Part shown: piece by piece, positions 18,857 to 28,644 of the stretch
Position numbering within the stretch: the stretch's first letter is position 1
How the letters are laid out: each line of letters begins with the position of its first letter
NCBI GenBank assembly: GCA_964389335.1
Contig: CAYMFQ010000002.1
Span: 18,212 to 79,880 of the forward strand
Direction: 5' to 3'
Origin: an uncultured Granulosicoccaceae bacterium
GTDB lineage: Bacteria > Pseudomonadota > Gammaproteobacteria > Granulosicoccales > Granulosicoccaceae
Length of the DNA: 61,669 bases
Notes under the pieces: model-generated
What the model saw: the letters and a program-made list of their open reading frames with translations, nothing else
What the model was told of the DNA's origin: nothing
The model's database searches: none
Program-made: the position numbers and the translations under genes

Positions 18857-20305
18857 CTAGCCCGCCTGGTCAAAAAACGCCAGCGCCCGGCTGATACCTA
18901 TCAACGAGAAACTTACCTGATTGCCTATCTCGGAGGGTGGTGTCCAGTCCAGCGTCAGAACCTGCCCGCGGCGCATTTGACTCACCAGTCGCCTGGCCGC
19001 CTCACCCTGCACCAGGGTCATGCCAGCGCCTGTTTCCAGCGCCACACCCGCGCCGGCAACATTACGTACGGTCGCAGGATTGCCATCGATATCAATTTCG
19101 ATAGACCGATCGATAGTCGCCGCTGAAATCACGCTAATCAGTTGCACTCGCCACTGACCCTCGAGCGAACGATCAATCACCAAACGCCATTCGCCCGAAC
19201 CGGACACACCGGATTCAGCCTGGGTCATACAAACCGTGTTCTCATCAATAGCGCAGGCTGAAACCCAATTGGCAAAATACCCGTAAAGAAAACCCGCAGC
19301 GCCGAGCGCGTCTACCGTCACATCCGTATCAGCCGGCTCTGGTGCGGTATCCGGGCTATCCGTTTCCGGCGCCGAGTCACTACTGCTTCGGGCCAACAAT
19401 ACCGGCTGTGCCGTACTGCAATCGCTGTCACCGATCGCTCTGATCAAATTGACACTACGCACCTGCAGCAAGCCACTAAACCCGTCGGCGGCAACAGCGT
19501 CGCTGTTGTCGAGGTTGCCTCGGATCTCAAGATAGGCCATCTCCAGGCTGTCCTGTGCGATCTCTCCGTAGCGTAAGGCTATTGCAGAGAGCGCTTCGTC
19601 ATCACCGGTCAGACGCCATTCACGCCGCCGATCGCAGGACTGAAAGATTCCGCCGTCAGAGTCCTCTATATAGAAACCACGGAAAAAAACACCATTGGCA
19701 ACCCTCGCACGTGTTTCAGCCAGTTGTGATCTAAGCGCCCCGGCCTGCTGTTCGTTGAACACTGCCTGACAGGCCGCGTTGTACACGGCCGTTTGTCCGG
19801 CGCCATACAAACCGGCTTCCCACACACATTGCTGATCACGAAGTTGCCTGTAGGAGGCCGACAATCGTTCAAAGCGATCAATTTGCGCCTGCGGCGTCAA
19901 TTCAATGTCATTATTCAGTGCCGGGTATTGCGACTCCAGCAGCGTCTCGTTACTGATTTCAACAACGTCGCTGTCACCACCGACAATTGCTATTACCTGA
20001 TCATCTGATGTATCACCTGGACCGGGAGTCGCTGTCAGTCCGGCTTCGTCACTGACTGATGACTCCGCGCTATTGTCCTGCTCCGCTGCCAGGTAATCTC
20101 GCCACAGTGCTTCGACGCCGCTTAGCGCCGCCTCTGATGCCTGATGTCGCAGACCAACACATTCGCTAAAACTAAAATTGTCGGTGGATGCAGAGCGACA
20201 GGCGGCAAGTGCATCCGGCGCAGCCCCGTACCCAATATGTACAGGTAATGCGAGCGCTACGCAGAGGCCCAGACCGACGCAGGAATGGCGAGCGATTAAT
20301 GTCAA
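18857..20305 (-). CDS. secreted hypothetical protein with two DUF1311/LprI-like Cys motifs
   Basis: A signal peptide is followed by the patterns C...SFSEC...ALSGVEALWRDYL and LRDQQCVWE...YNAACQAVFNEQ. The C-terminal 250 aa are unassigned. Confidence 0.55.
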   Translation of the reverse strand: MTLIARHSCVGLGLCVALALPVHIGYGAAPDALAACRSASTDNFSFSECVGLRHQASEAALSGVEALWRDYLAAEQDNSAESSVSDEAGLTATPGPGDTSDDQVIAIVGGDSDVVEISNETLLESQYPALNNDIELTPQAQIDRFERLSASYRQLRDQQCVWEAGLYGAGQTAVYNAACQAVFNEQQAGALRSQLAETRARVANGVFFRGFYIEDSDGGIFQSCDRRREWRLTGDDEALSAIALRYGEIAQDSLEMAYLEIRGNLDNSDAVAADGFSGLLQVRSVNLIRAIGDSDCSTAQPVLLARSSSDSAPETDSPDTAPEPADTDVTVDALGAAGFLYGYFANWVSACAIDENTVCMTQAESGVSGSGEWRLVIDRSLEGQWRVQLISVISAATIDRSIEIDIDGNPATVRNVAGAGVALETGAGMTLVQGEAARRLVSQMRRGQVLTLDWTPPSEIGNQVSFSLIGISRALAFFDQAG

Positions 20306-20582
20306 TTTTTCAACTCTTGCTGGAGACGACGCCCGCAGTGTAATTCAACCAGAATCTGGTGTGAAATCAGATAAATACTTTCGTTGTGGTCAGAGTACCC
20401 GGACGGTACTTTTGCTAGGCTCCAGCAGGCGGATGTTGCTTTTCCGGAGTTGGACTACAATCCAATAATAACAATTCGTCCAAAGCATCATTGCACCCCT
20501 TGGCTGCCAGACGCTCAGCGCTGGCTGCGCCTATTTCAATACGGCGCACGGTTGGCACCCTAATAAAAAAAAGAGAAATAGA

Positions 20583-22307
20583 ATGCAATCTACCCGACAC
20601 AGAGACAAGCGAAACGGAGGCGCTGGTGCCACCGTAGCTGTGCTGATACTCGGCCTGTTTTTACTCGCGGGTGTGTTTGTATACAGCTACAAATACCTGC
20701 TGCCTCATATTGAATCAGACATAGGTGATCGCGTTACATCATCGCTGGCGCAAAAAGGCATTGCCAACGCCAAAGTCGAGGTGGAAGGCACTGACGTCAT
20801 ACTTTCAGGCAATGTCGAATCCGACGCCACGGCGATTGAGGCTGAAAAAGCTGCGCTTGCGGTATACGGAGTTACCGGTGTAACCAACAAAATCAATCAG
20901 CCGGCTGACAACTCTGGCAATACCGATACAACGGCTGGCGGGTCGACCGACAAGAGTAACGACGACGCTGTAACCAACACTGCCGAAGACAGCAACGCGG
21001 ACAACACAGATGTCGCTGACAGCACTACAGACGACGACACCGCTGACACTGATACGGCGGCCGCAACAGACAACGAAGATAACAGCAGCACAGACAGCAC
21101 CCAGGCGTCATCCGAAGCCGCTGTTGTTGTCGGGGGCGATGTCAATGTCTCATCACTTGAAATAAGCGTACGTGACGGCATTGCAGTGCTGAACGGTGTA
21201 CTACCGGATACCTCCATGTCGGAACGCCTCAATGCCGCGATGACCGATCAGTACGGTGCCGGTAATGTCAGCAATGACATTGCGGTGGAACCGGAAACAC
21301 TGCCACCGCTATGGCTCGACAGTGTGCTGGCAATTGTCGATCGTCTTAACAATATCGATAATCCAACGTTTACGATCTCAGAGGGCAGCGCCGCACTTAC
21401 CGGCAATGTTTCATCTGAAACGCTGGGCGCGCAGCAATTGTCAGCGGTAAAGCGCGCACTCGGCAATGATGTTGAAGTCAGCGGTACTTTCAATATCGTC
21501 AAACGAGCGACCCAGTTGCCAGCCAATGACAGGGAAAGTCGCCCTGCGAAAAAGCGCCCTGCTTCGCTGCGTATAGCGAGCGCCAATGACGGCATCAGAC
21601 TGACGGGCACTGTCAGCAGTGTCGACGAAGCGCGCACAGTACGCAGCAGTATCACCGACCTGTTTGGCGACATCGACTATGCAGATGAACTTATCATCGA
21701 TGATTCAGTGTCAGAGGCCGCGTGGATCACCGAAGCTATGGAGGTCACACGCAATGTGCAGGACGTCGATAACTTTTCGGTCAGCATCAACAGCGGCCAG
21801 ATGATGCTTAGTGGCGATGTTGCAAACCGGGAAACCGGTAAGACTCTCGCTGGTACCGCAGCAAGGATTGCCGGTGACAAACTCGATGTCGTCAATAACT
21901 ACAGTGTTAACCAGACGGAGCTGATTATAGAGAGCCGTGAGGATATCCTTGCACGCGAGTTGACAGAGAAGCTTTTCGCGCTTGACACCGCCAAGATAGT
22001 TTTTAACCCGGGTAGTGCCGTCATCGCTACCGAAGCCATGGAAGTGCTGGACCAGGTGGCTGAAACGCTGTCTGCCTACTCGGAGCAGGTGGTGGAAATT
22101 TCAGGCCACACAGATACCAGCGGCGATACTGTGGCTAATCTGGAACTAAGTAAAAAAAGAGCAATTGCGGTTCGAGACTACCTGGTGTCGAAAGGGCTCC
22201 CGAGCAATCAACTGCGTCCGATTGGGTATGGCGAAAGCAAACCCGTTGCGGACAACTCGACACCTGCCGGTCGCGCCGCGAACCGTCGTATAGAATTTAA
22301 TCTTTAG
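20583..22307 (+). CDS. membrane-anchored BON-domain protein with OmpA/MotB-like peptidoglycan-binding C-terminus
   Basis: N-terminal TM, then BON-like blocks (VEGTDVILSGNVES...AVYGVTGVTNKI). A D/T/N-rich low-complexity stretch lies at ~20895-21120. The C-terminus reads ISGHTDTSGDTVANLELSKKRA...NRRIEF. Confidence 0.8.
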   Translation: MQSTRHRDKRNGGAGATVAVLILGLFLLAGVFVYSYKYLLPHIESDIGDRVTSSLAQKGIANAKVEVEGTDVILSGNVESDATAIEAEKAALAVYGVTGVTNKINQPADNSGNTDTTAGGSTDKSNDDAVTNTAEDSNADNTDVADSTTDDDTADTDTAAATDNEDNSSTDSTQASSEAAVVVGGDVNVSSLEISVRDGIAVLNGVLPDTSMSERLNAAMTDQYGAGNVSNDIAVEPETLPPLWLDSVLAIVDRLNNIDNPTFTISEGSAALTGNVSSETLGAQQLSAVKRALGNDVEVSGTFNIVKRATQLPANDRESRPAKKRPASLRIASANDGIRLTGTVSSVDEARTVRSSITDLFGDIDYADELIIDDSVSEAAWITEAMEVTRNVQDVDNFSVSINSGQMMLSGDVANRETGKTLAGTAARIAGDKLDVVNNYSVNQTELIIESREDILARELTEKLFALDTAKIVFNPGSAVIATEAMEVLDQVAETLSAYSEQVVEISGHTDTSGDTVANLELSKKRAIAVRDYLVSKGLPSNQLRPIGYGESKPVADNSTPAGRAANRRIEFNL

Positions 22308-22320
22308 TGGAGTCCATTAA

Positions 22321-23508
22321 ATGTCATTTTTATCATCATTGAGTCCGTCAACGATGTACCTGATGTCAAAGATGTTCATTGGCCTGGCGCTGGCCGGGCT
22401 CATTGGACTGCTGATTGGCTGGGCCATTGGCAAGCTGGGCTCCCATCGACACGCACGTCGCGTAGAGGAAGACTGGCAGCACACGCTTGCGGATACCGAA
22501 GAAGACCACGCCCGAGTCGTATCGCGATTTAAAAAATCCAATCAGGCACTGGACGACGAAAACAACAATCTGCGAACCAAGATTGCAGCACTGAATAACA
22601 AGATTGATGAGGGCCGCGAGGACATCGAGAAAAGTCGGTCTCAGCACAGTCAGTTAACTGACCAAATTCAAACTGTTGAAGCGCAATCGCAGTCGCTACA
22701 GTCGGAACTCAATGAAGAGCGGGCCAAGAATCACAAACTACAAAACCTGACTAAAGCGCTGAAAGCCTCATCCGACGAGAAGGATAAAACCAACCATCAG
22801 ATGGTCGCGGCACTTGAAGACGCCAAGCAACGGCTGAAGAAAATTAACTCGCTGGAAGACAACGACACCTATATGGCTCTGCAGCGCGAAGTTGGCGAAC
22901 TGCGTGCCGCCCAGAGTGAAAATGCCGACCTGCGCCAACGGCTCGCAATAGAGGGGCGCGAGCGCGAGGAAGCTCAGTCGGAACTACACAGTCTGCGCGG
23001 CAAAGTCGACACCATGGAACAGGAACGCGACAGCTATCGCCAGTGGGCGCAGCGACTGGAGCAGGAACAGGCGGGCTTTGACGAGCGTGTACAGCAATCC
23101 GTCGAAGCAGCGTTGCGCAACGAAGGCAGCAACTCCAACGATCTCGAAATCGAGGTTGCACGACTACAGCCACTGGTGGCATCAATGCGTACCGAGGTAG
23201 AACAACTGCAACTGGAAAACAGTAATCTCAGAAATCAAACACAGCGCAGCCAACTGTCATCGACCGACAGCGGCGCGCAGGTTAGAGAGCTGCAGACTGC
23301 GTTAAATGAAATCGGTTTTGAGCGAGATCAGCTGCGCACGCGACTGGCGGATCAGGAAAGGCAAACCGCCGCGTTAAACACTCGGCTTTCGGGTGCTTTA
23401 AACCCACCGGACATTGCCAGCTTACGTCGGCAGGTGGCCGAGCTATCAGCCGAAAAAGGATTGATGGCAGCCACCATTGATGAGTTACAACACAAGCTTG
23501 GCGTATAG
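22321..23508 (+). CDS. membrane-anchored coiled-coil protein
   Basis: One TM (FIGLALAGLIGLLIGWAIG) is followed by ~340 aa of heptad-like Q/E/L/R-rich sequence. The start is 13 nt after the BON-OmpA gene. Confidence 0.6.
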   Translation: MSFLSSLSPSTMYLMSKMFIGLALAGLIGLLIGWAIGKLGSHRHARRVEEDWQHTLADTEEDHARVVSRFKKSNQALDDENNNLRTKIAALNNKIDEGREDIEKSRSQHSQLTDQIQTVEAQSQSLQSELNEERAKNHKLQNLTKALKASSDEKDKTNHQMVAALEDAKQRLKKINSLEDNDTYMALQREVGELRAAQSENADLRQRLAIEGREREEAQSELHSLRGKVDTMEQERDSYRQWAQRLEQEQAGFDERVQQSVEAALRNEGSNSNDLEIEVARLQPLVASMRTEVEQLQLENSNLRNQTQRSQLSSTDSGAQVRELQTALNEIGFERDQLRTRLADQERQTAALNTRLSGALNPPDIASLRRQVAELSAEKGLMAATIDELQHKLGV

Positions 23509-23614
23509 CCGCCTGACTTTGTTAAAACAGGCTTTGTTCAGGCCGCCGCAACCACGGCGGCTCTGATGTTGAAGTGCTGTTACCCTTCTAACGCACACCG
23601 CAACAATCGGCTGG

Positions 23615-24235
23615 CTACTGCCCGCCTTCTTTTTCGATCAGCTGATCAATGACCGCGATCAGATTCGGATAACTTCCCGCGATAGCGCCACTGGTTCGGT
23701 ATTTACCGTTGACGATAACCGTCGGGACTGAGGAAATATTAACGTCCCGGGCTTTTTGCAGCGACTGACGAATCTTTGCATCGACATTAAAAGATTTCAT
23801 GGTCTTTACAAACTTGTCGCCATCGTGGCCCAGTGAATCAACCAACTTGCCGATATCCTTAGGCTTGCGCATCGCTTTCCTCTCGCGATGGATGGCGTTG
23901 AACATCGCCTCGTGAAACTGATCGAGCAAGCCGAGAACCTCGGCCGCATAAAACGCCTGTGAGTGAACTTTCCACGCCGGGTTTAACGGCGGTGCCATGG
24001 TGACGAACTCAACGTTGTCGGGCTTGTTCTCCGCCCACTCCTTGATGTGCGGTTCAAACTGAAAGCAATGCGGACAGCCGTACCAGAAAAACTCGATAAC
24101 CTCTATTTTATCGGGGTTGGCTGTTGGCTGTGGTGCAGTCAGTTCTTCATAGCCCTGCTGCGCGTGGGCTGCATTTATCGAAAACAGACAAGCCAGCGCA
24201 AAGACAACGGCTTGTGCAAAATAATGACGCTTCAT
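23615..24235 (-). CDS. dsbA: thiol:disulfide interchange protein DsbA
   Basis: Signal peptide from the ATG at 24235. Active site FFWYGCPHCFQFEP, with the cis-Pro region SSVPTVIVNG. Confidence 0.9.
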   Translation of the reverse strand: MKRHYFAQAVVFALACLFSINAAHAQQGYEELTAPQPTANPDKIEVIEFFWYGCPHCFQFEPHIKEWAENKPDNVEFVTMAPPLNPAWKVHSQAFYAAEVLGLLDQFHEAMFNAIHRERKAMRKPKDIGKLVDSLGHDGDKFVKTMKSFNVDAKIRQSLQKARDVNISSVPTVIVNGKYRTSGAIAGSYPNLIAVIDQLIEKEGGQ

Positions 24236-24415
24236 ATTTCTGGCTCCAAACGAGGATGGGCTAAACCGGTACTGTAGCTGGTGCACAGTGTGAGCAAAGG
24301 AGCCTGAATGGCTCCTTACCTCGGGATTTCAGGATCGGACGGTGAGGCTCAGGTCTCTAACACCGCCATCATTAGACCCCACTCCGCAAATACCGGAGCG
24401 GCGGAAATCCCTGAC

Positions 24416-25084
24416 TCAGTGCAGGCCTTGCAAATAGTTTGCAAGCGCTGCGATTTCAACGTCAGACAGACGATGGGCTACCAGTCGCATCATGTTGTTA
24501 GGGTCGTTGGCACGCGCACCCGAGCGGAAATTTTGTAGCGCCAACGCGGTGTATTCGGCGTTTTGAGCATTGACCCTCGGGAATTTTGCCGCATCGTTAC
24601 CGGCACCCGCGGGGCCGTGACAACTCATACAGGCCGGAACACCTACGCTCTCGATACCGCCTTGATAAATATTTCTGCCCAACTCAAGATTTTCGGGTTC
24701 TGAAACGCCCTGAGCGGGCTCCTGCGAGGCATAGAAAGCGGCCAGATTTGCCATGGTCTCTTCATCAAGCGCGGCGACCATGCCCAGCATGACAGCATTT
24801 TCGCGAGCGCCCGACTTGAATTCCTTCAACTGCTTCAGCAGGTAAGGAGCGCCCTGCCCGGCCAGATTAGGATAAGTAGCAATGGCGGCCACACCGGTGG
24901 GGCCGTGGCAGGCAGCACAGGTAGCCGAGGCCGCCTTGCCGGCTTCTGCATCGCCCGACGCGAGAACAGGCTGAACTTCGGTCGAATCAGTGGCGGCTGC
25001 AGTTTCTGCAGCGGCAGACAGACGCCAGCCCGCCAGTGCGGCAAAGCAGACAATATAGACGAATAATGATTTACGCATCATCAC
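24416..25084 (-). CDS. dihaem cytochrome c4
   Basis: Signal peptide plus two haem-binding motifs, CAACHG and CMSCHG, each followed by a distal Met region. Confidence 0.9.
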   Translation of the reverse strand: MMMRKSLFVYIVCFAALAGWRLSAAAETAAATDSTEVQPVLASGDAEAGKAASATCAACHGPTGVAAIATYPNLAGQGAPYLLKQLKEFKSGARENAVMLGMVAALDEETMANLAAFYASQEPAQGVSEPENLELGRNIYQGGIESVGVPACMSCHGPAGAGNDAAKFPRVNAQNAEYTALALQNFRSGARANDPNNMMRLVAHRLSDVEIAALANYLQGLH

Positions 25085-25237
25085 ACCTGAGAGTTGATTT
25101 GAATGGAGTAACCCGTGAACGGGCTAAAAGAAAAATTGAACGCGACAGTGTAACAAATCCTCGCCAATGATTCCGAGCCCCTGCTACCCTTGCAGGCCCT
25201 GCAGTGCAAAATCAACGTGGCGAAATCGAATATCCTG

Positions 25238-25846
25238 ATGCCAAATACGCGTTACTTCCAAACCGAATTCGCGAGCAGCGCGCATACCCTTGCGCAACTG
25301 CCAGACGACAGTCTGGCGGAAGTGGCTTTTGCCGGACGCTCCAATTCCGGCAAGTCCAGTGCCATTAATACGATCACTCGCAATAAAAAGCTCGCACGCA
25401 CCAGTAAAACTCCAGGTCGTACACAGCTGATCAATCATTTCACGGTGATACCGGGCAACTACCTCGTTGACCTGCCGGGTTACGGTTACGCCAAGGTGTC
25501 CAAGTCACAAATCAAACACTGGCAAACCACGCTGGGCGGCTATTTGCGCAAACGCGAGTCGTTGCGCTGCCTGGTCATCGTTATGGACATTCGACACCCG
25601 TTGTCGGATCACGACTGGCGATTAATTGACTGGACACTGGAGGGCGAATCCGCGCTGCATATCCTGCTGACAAAGAGCGACAAACTGTCAAAAGGTGCCG
25701 CTCAGGCGACGTTACTGGATACCAAGGCGACCCTCGAAACCGAGGGGATTGAATGCACGCTGCAGTTATTTTCCGCGCTCAAGCGCAGCGGAGTCGACGA
25801 TGCCCACGAATTACTGGACATGTACCTACTGCCCGGCACAGCTTAA
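25238..25846 (+). CDS. engB: ribosome-biogenesis GTPase EngB/YihA
   Basis: G1 is GRSNSGKSS, G3 is DLPGYG and G4 is TKSDK. ATG at 25238 is preferred over the TTG at 25190. Confidence 0.9.
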   Translation: MPNTRYFQTEFASSAHTLAQLPDDSLAEVAFAGRSNSGKSSAINTITRNKKLARTSKTPGRTQLINHFTVIPGNYLVDLPGYGYAKVSKSQIKHWQTTLGGYLRKRESLRCLVIVMDIRHPLSDHDWRLIDWTLEGESALHILLTKSDKLSKGAAQATLLDTKATLETEGIECTLQLFSALKRSGVDDAHELLDMYLLPGTA

Positions 25847-25895
25847 CGCCCGCCTTTAACGGGCCGTTATCGCTGTTGCCTTAGGGGTACGCGAT

Positions 25896-27035
25896 CTAAC
25901 GAGCAGGCACCGCCGGTAATAGCAGCATTCGAAACAATCGGTACACCAGGTACAGAAAGAGCAGCGGGAAAATGACTGTCTGAAGTAAAAACACGACGAT
26001 TAAATTCACAGCGTGCTCGGTAACCGTTTCAGCCGATGCCTTGTAGTCGTCGAGCATGCCATCGAAATCAAATTTCGAAGTTACGGACTGATAGAGGTTC
26101 TTAGCTTTCTCACGCAGGCTATCCGCCTCTGCTGGCGGCTCGGTATTTCTCGAGTTGATTTCCCTGATGCGATCACCGGCCTCTTCAAGCTGTTGCGATG
26201 ATGCCTCAAATTTCGGTTCCAGAAACTGACGGTAAACCCAGTCGTTTGCGAGTGACCCAACAGGGATCAGAAATCTTATCAGCAGCACCAGCAGTAGCAG
26301 CCGGCTGGCGATCGATGCGAGCTGCGATGCGGTGCCGGAGCGCCATCGTGTCAGCAACCAGAAAAGCCCGGCACCGGCGAGCATGAAGCTGATTCCGCTC
26401 CAGCTGCTGACTTCAAGCAGAATTTTTTGTATACCAAGTGAGCTGGTGGCAAACAGCATAACCCACGAAAACCGCTCCACCAGATCGTTGACCGGATCGA
26501 GTATTTCGCCTGGCGAAAAATTCACCCCAACGCCCGCCGGCTGCACGGCAAACTCGGTACCCTGTGCCACTGAAATTACCCCGTTCAGTGTGCGTGCGAT
26601 GCCAAATCCGATGAGCGCCCGGGTTAGCGCACTGTCGAGTTGCGATTCGCTCGAATGATCGATTGGCTTGAACACAGAAACGGCGACAAGCGCGAGGATG
26701 AACAGTGCCATCGACAAATAGCGCAGCGGTTTTCCAGGGCCGAATCTGGACAGAAAACCGGACACAGCGACACGCCAGCGCGCGGGTTTCACTGCAGCCG
26801 GTGCCGCCCCGCCATGCTCGGGCGATTGTGAGGCATGCCGGTTCTCGTATTGCAACTCGTGATTGTGTAAACCGCTGTTTTTCAAACCTCTGAGCGCTCC
26901 ATCGGGCGCACGTCGCAGTTGGCGACCGCCGCGTCGATGCTGGATGTTTAGTTCCACAGTCTTGTCGAATTCGCTGCCGTGCGCATCCTCGTCCAGCGGC
27001 GGCAGTTGTTTCCAGCCTTGATTTTCGTCTGGCAT
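25896..27035 (-). CDS. hypothetical multi-pass membrane protein
   Basis: 379 aa: a ~110-aa charged N-terminal region, about 5 hydrophobic segments, and a helical charged insert (EASSQQLEEAGDRIREINS). No family recognised. Confidence 0.5.
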   Translation of the reverse strand: MPDENQGWKQLPPLDEDAHGSEFDKTVELNIQHRRGGRQLRRAPDGALRGLKNSGLHNHELQYENRHASQSPEHGGAAPAAVKPARWRVAVSGFLSRFGPGKPLRYLSMALFILALVAVSVFKPIDHSSESQLDSALTRALIGFGIARTLNGVISVAQGTEFAVQPAGVGVNFSPGEILDPVNDLVERFSWVMLFATSSLGIQKILLEVSSWSGISFMLAGAGLFWLLTRWRSGTASQLASIASRLLLLVLLIRFLIPVGSLANDWVYRQFLEPKFEASSQQLEEAGDRIREINSRNTEPPAEADSLREKAKNLYQSVTSKFDFDGMLDDYKASAETVTEHAVNLIVVFLLQTVIFPLLFLYLVYRLFRMLLLPAVPAR

Positions 27036-27111
27036 TTAACTCTCTGTTTAGCGGTACATTGAGCAAGCACTCCAGCACTTTTAGCTGAAGACTCAAATAA
27101 AGCCTGTTCGG

Positions 27112-28125
27112 TTAGCGAGCGCCCAGTTTGCTGATACCGACAGCCTGATAGAGATCCTTCAGGAACGGCTCACTCAGCGCACGAGCACGCTCAGCACCTT
27201 CCTGTAGAATCCGGCCTACTACTTCAGGTTCGGCCATCAGTTCGTTGTAGCGCTCGCGCGGTTCCTGCAACATGGAGTTTAGATGCTCAAATAGCGTTTG
27301 TTTCATCTCACCCCAGGCAATTCCGTCGGCATACGCCTGCCGAATTGCATCGGTCTGCTCGCTGGTGGCAAAAGCGCGGTAAATTTCGAACAGTGTGTTG
27401 CCGTCGGCTTCTTTTGGCTCGCCCGGTTCCTGCGAGTTGGTTTTGATCTTCATGATCAGCTTGCGAAAGCGTTTTTCCGGCTCGAACAGCGGTATGGTGT
27501 TGTTGTAACTTTTGCTCATTTTGCGGCCGTCCAGACCGGCCAGAACAGAAGTTGACTCATCCACCACAGCCTCGGGCAGGACAAAAAACTCGCCGTAGTG
27601 GTGGTTAAACCGCTGTGCGATGTCACGCGCCATTTCAATGTGCTGAATCTGATCCTTGCCGACTGGCACCTTGTGCGCTTTGAACATCAAAATATCGGCA
27701 GCCATCAGCACCGGATAGCTGAAAAGACCCATGGTGATGCCCCGGTCCGGATCCGAGGAGCCATCATCCTCGTTTTCCTGCACTGATGCCTTGTAGGCAT
27801 GTGCGCGGTTCATGAGCCCTTTGGCGGTATTACAGGTTAGCAGCCAGGTCAGGGCCGGAATCTCGGGTATGTCCGACTGACAATAGAACGTGGCATTGCT
27901 GGTGTTGAGGCCCAGAGCCAGCCAGGCGGCAGCAATTTCACGTCGAGACTGCTCTACCGCACTCGCGTCCTGGCTTTTGATCAGTGCGTGCAGATCAGCC
28001 AGAAAGTAGAAATTGTCGGTGTCGGTGCGTTGACTGGCTTCAACTGCTGGCCGAATCGCACCGGCGTAATTGCCCAAATGCGGTGTACCGGTGGTGGTAA
28101 TACCGGTCAGGTAGACCTGTTTCAT
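27112..28125 (-). CDS. trpS: tryptophan--tRNA ligase
   Basis: Class I signatures: TGTPHLGNY (HIGH region) and KMSKS. The length of 337 aa is typical of TrpRS. Confidence 0.93.
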   Translation of the reverse strand: MKQVYLTGITTTGTPHLGNYAGAIRPAVEASQRTDTDNFYFLADLHALIKSQDASAVEQSRREIAAAWLALGLNTSNATFYCQSDIPEIPALTWLLTCNTAKGLMNRAHAYKASVQENEDDGSSDPDRGITMGLFSYPVLMAADILMFKAHKVPVGKDQIQHIEMARDIAQRFNHHYGEFFVLPEAVVDESTSVLAGLDGRKMSKSYNNTIPLFEPEKRFRKLIMKIKTNSQEPGEPKEADGNTLFEIYRAFATSEQTDAIRQAYADGIAWGEMKQTLFEHLNSMLQEPRERYNELMAEPEVVGRILQEGAERARALSEPFLKDLYQAVGISKLGAR

Positions 28126-28644
28126 TCAGGCTGCTATCTCTCTGTTTTGGTCGTTTCTACGGGGCGATAACCCTTTGTTACCGCCCGCACATGTTACCAG
28201 CTGGCAGGTGTTGATTTGTTAAAACACCTGCCGATCAGCCTCTGGTCTATTACGAAGTCTTCATATGCGTGATAGGCTTCATGGTGAGCGAGCCATGTCG
28301 GCATTTTTCTTGAACCAATTGACCGATCTGGAATAAATACTGAATAGTGCTCCTGACTTTGCTGCGCGTGCCGATGCAGTAATGTGAGCTGAAGTGTCAG
28401 ACGCTTTGTTATAGATTTGGGCGGAGTAAGGACTCTGCCATGGTGATAGGCCGGTTCAGCTGCTTTCACGGTACAAAATTGTTGAAGATTGCGCTACTTA
28501 AGGACAGACACCACGGAATTGCGACAATCGTGTGTAACCAATGGATTCTGTTACCTCACACTGTGCTGTTAAATCAGGTGAGTGGCTCGCCCGTCGAGTT
28601 CAATGTGGATGAATAAACCTAACAACAATGTACACCGGGCTGCT

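Noticed and set aside
20394-20414. Hairpin agtacc-cggac-ggtact followed by TTTT in the divergent region upstream of the BON-OmpA gene.
   Set aside because: The stem is only 6 bp with a four-T tract, and there is nothing to terminate. It is more likely incidental or an operator.
23542-23561. Stem-loop gccgccg-caacca-cggcggc between the convergent coiled-coil and dsbA genes, considered as an intrinsic terminator.
   Set aside because: There is no T-tract on either side. It may still aid termination, but the evidence is insufficient to annotate it.
26413-27096. 227-aa minus-strand ORF overlapping the 379-aa membrane-protein gene in another frame.
   Set aside because: Its composition is Arg/Cys-rich and atypical of proteins. 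The alternative frame encodes coherent TM helices.
28194-28469. 91-aa minus-strand ORF between trpS and the first GT4 gene.
   Set aside because: No SD, no family signature, and His/Thr/Leu-rich low-information sequence located in a divergent promoter region. Not reported as a gene.
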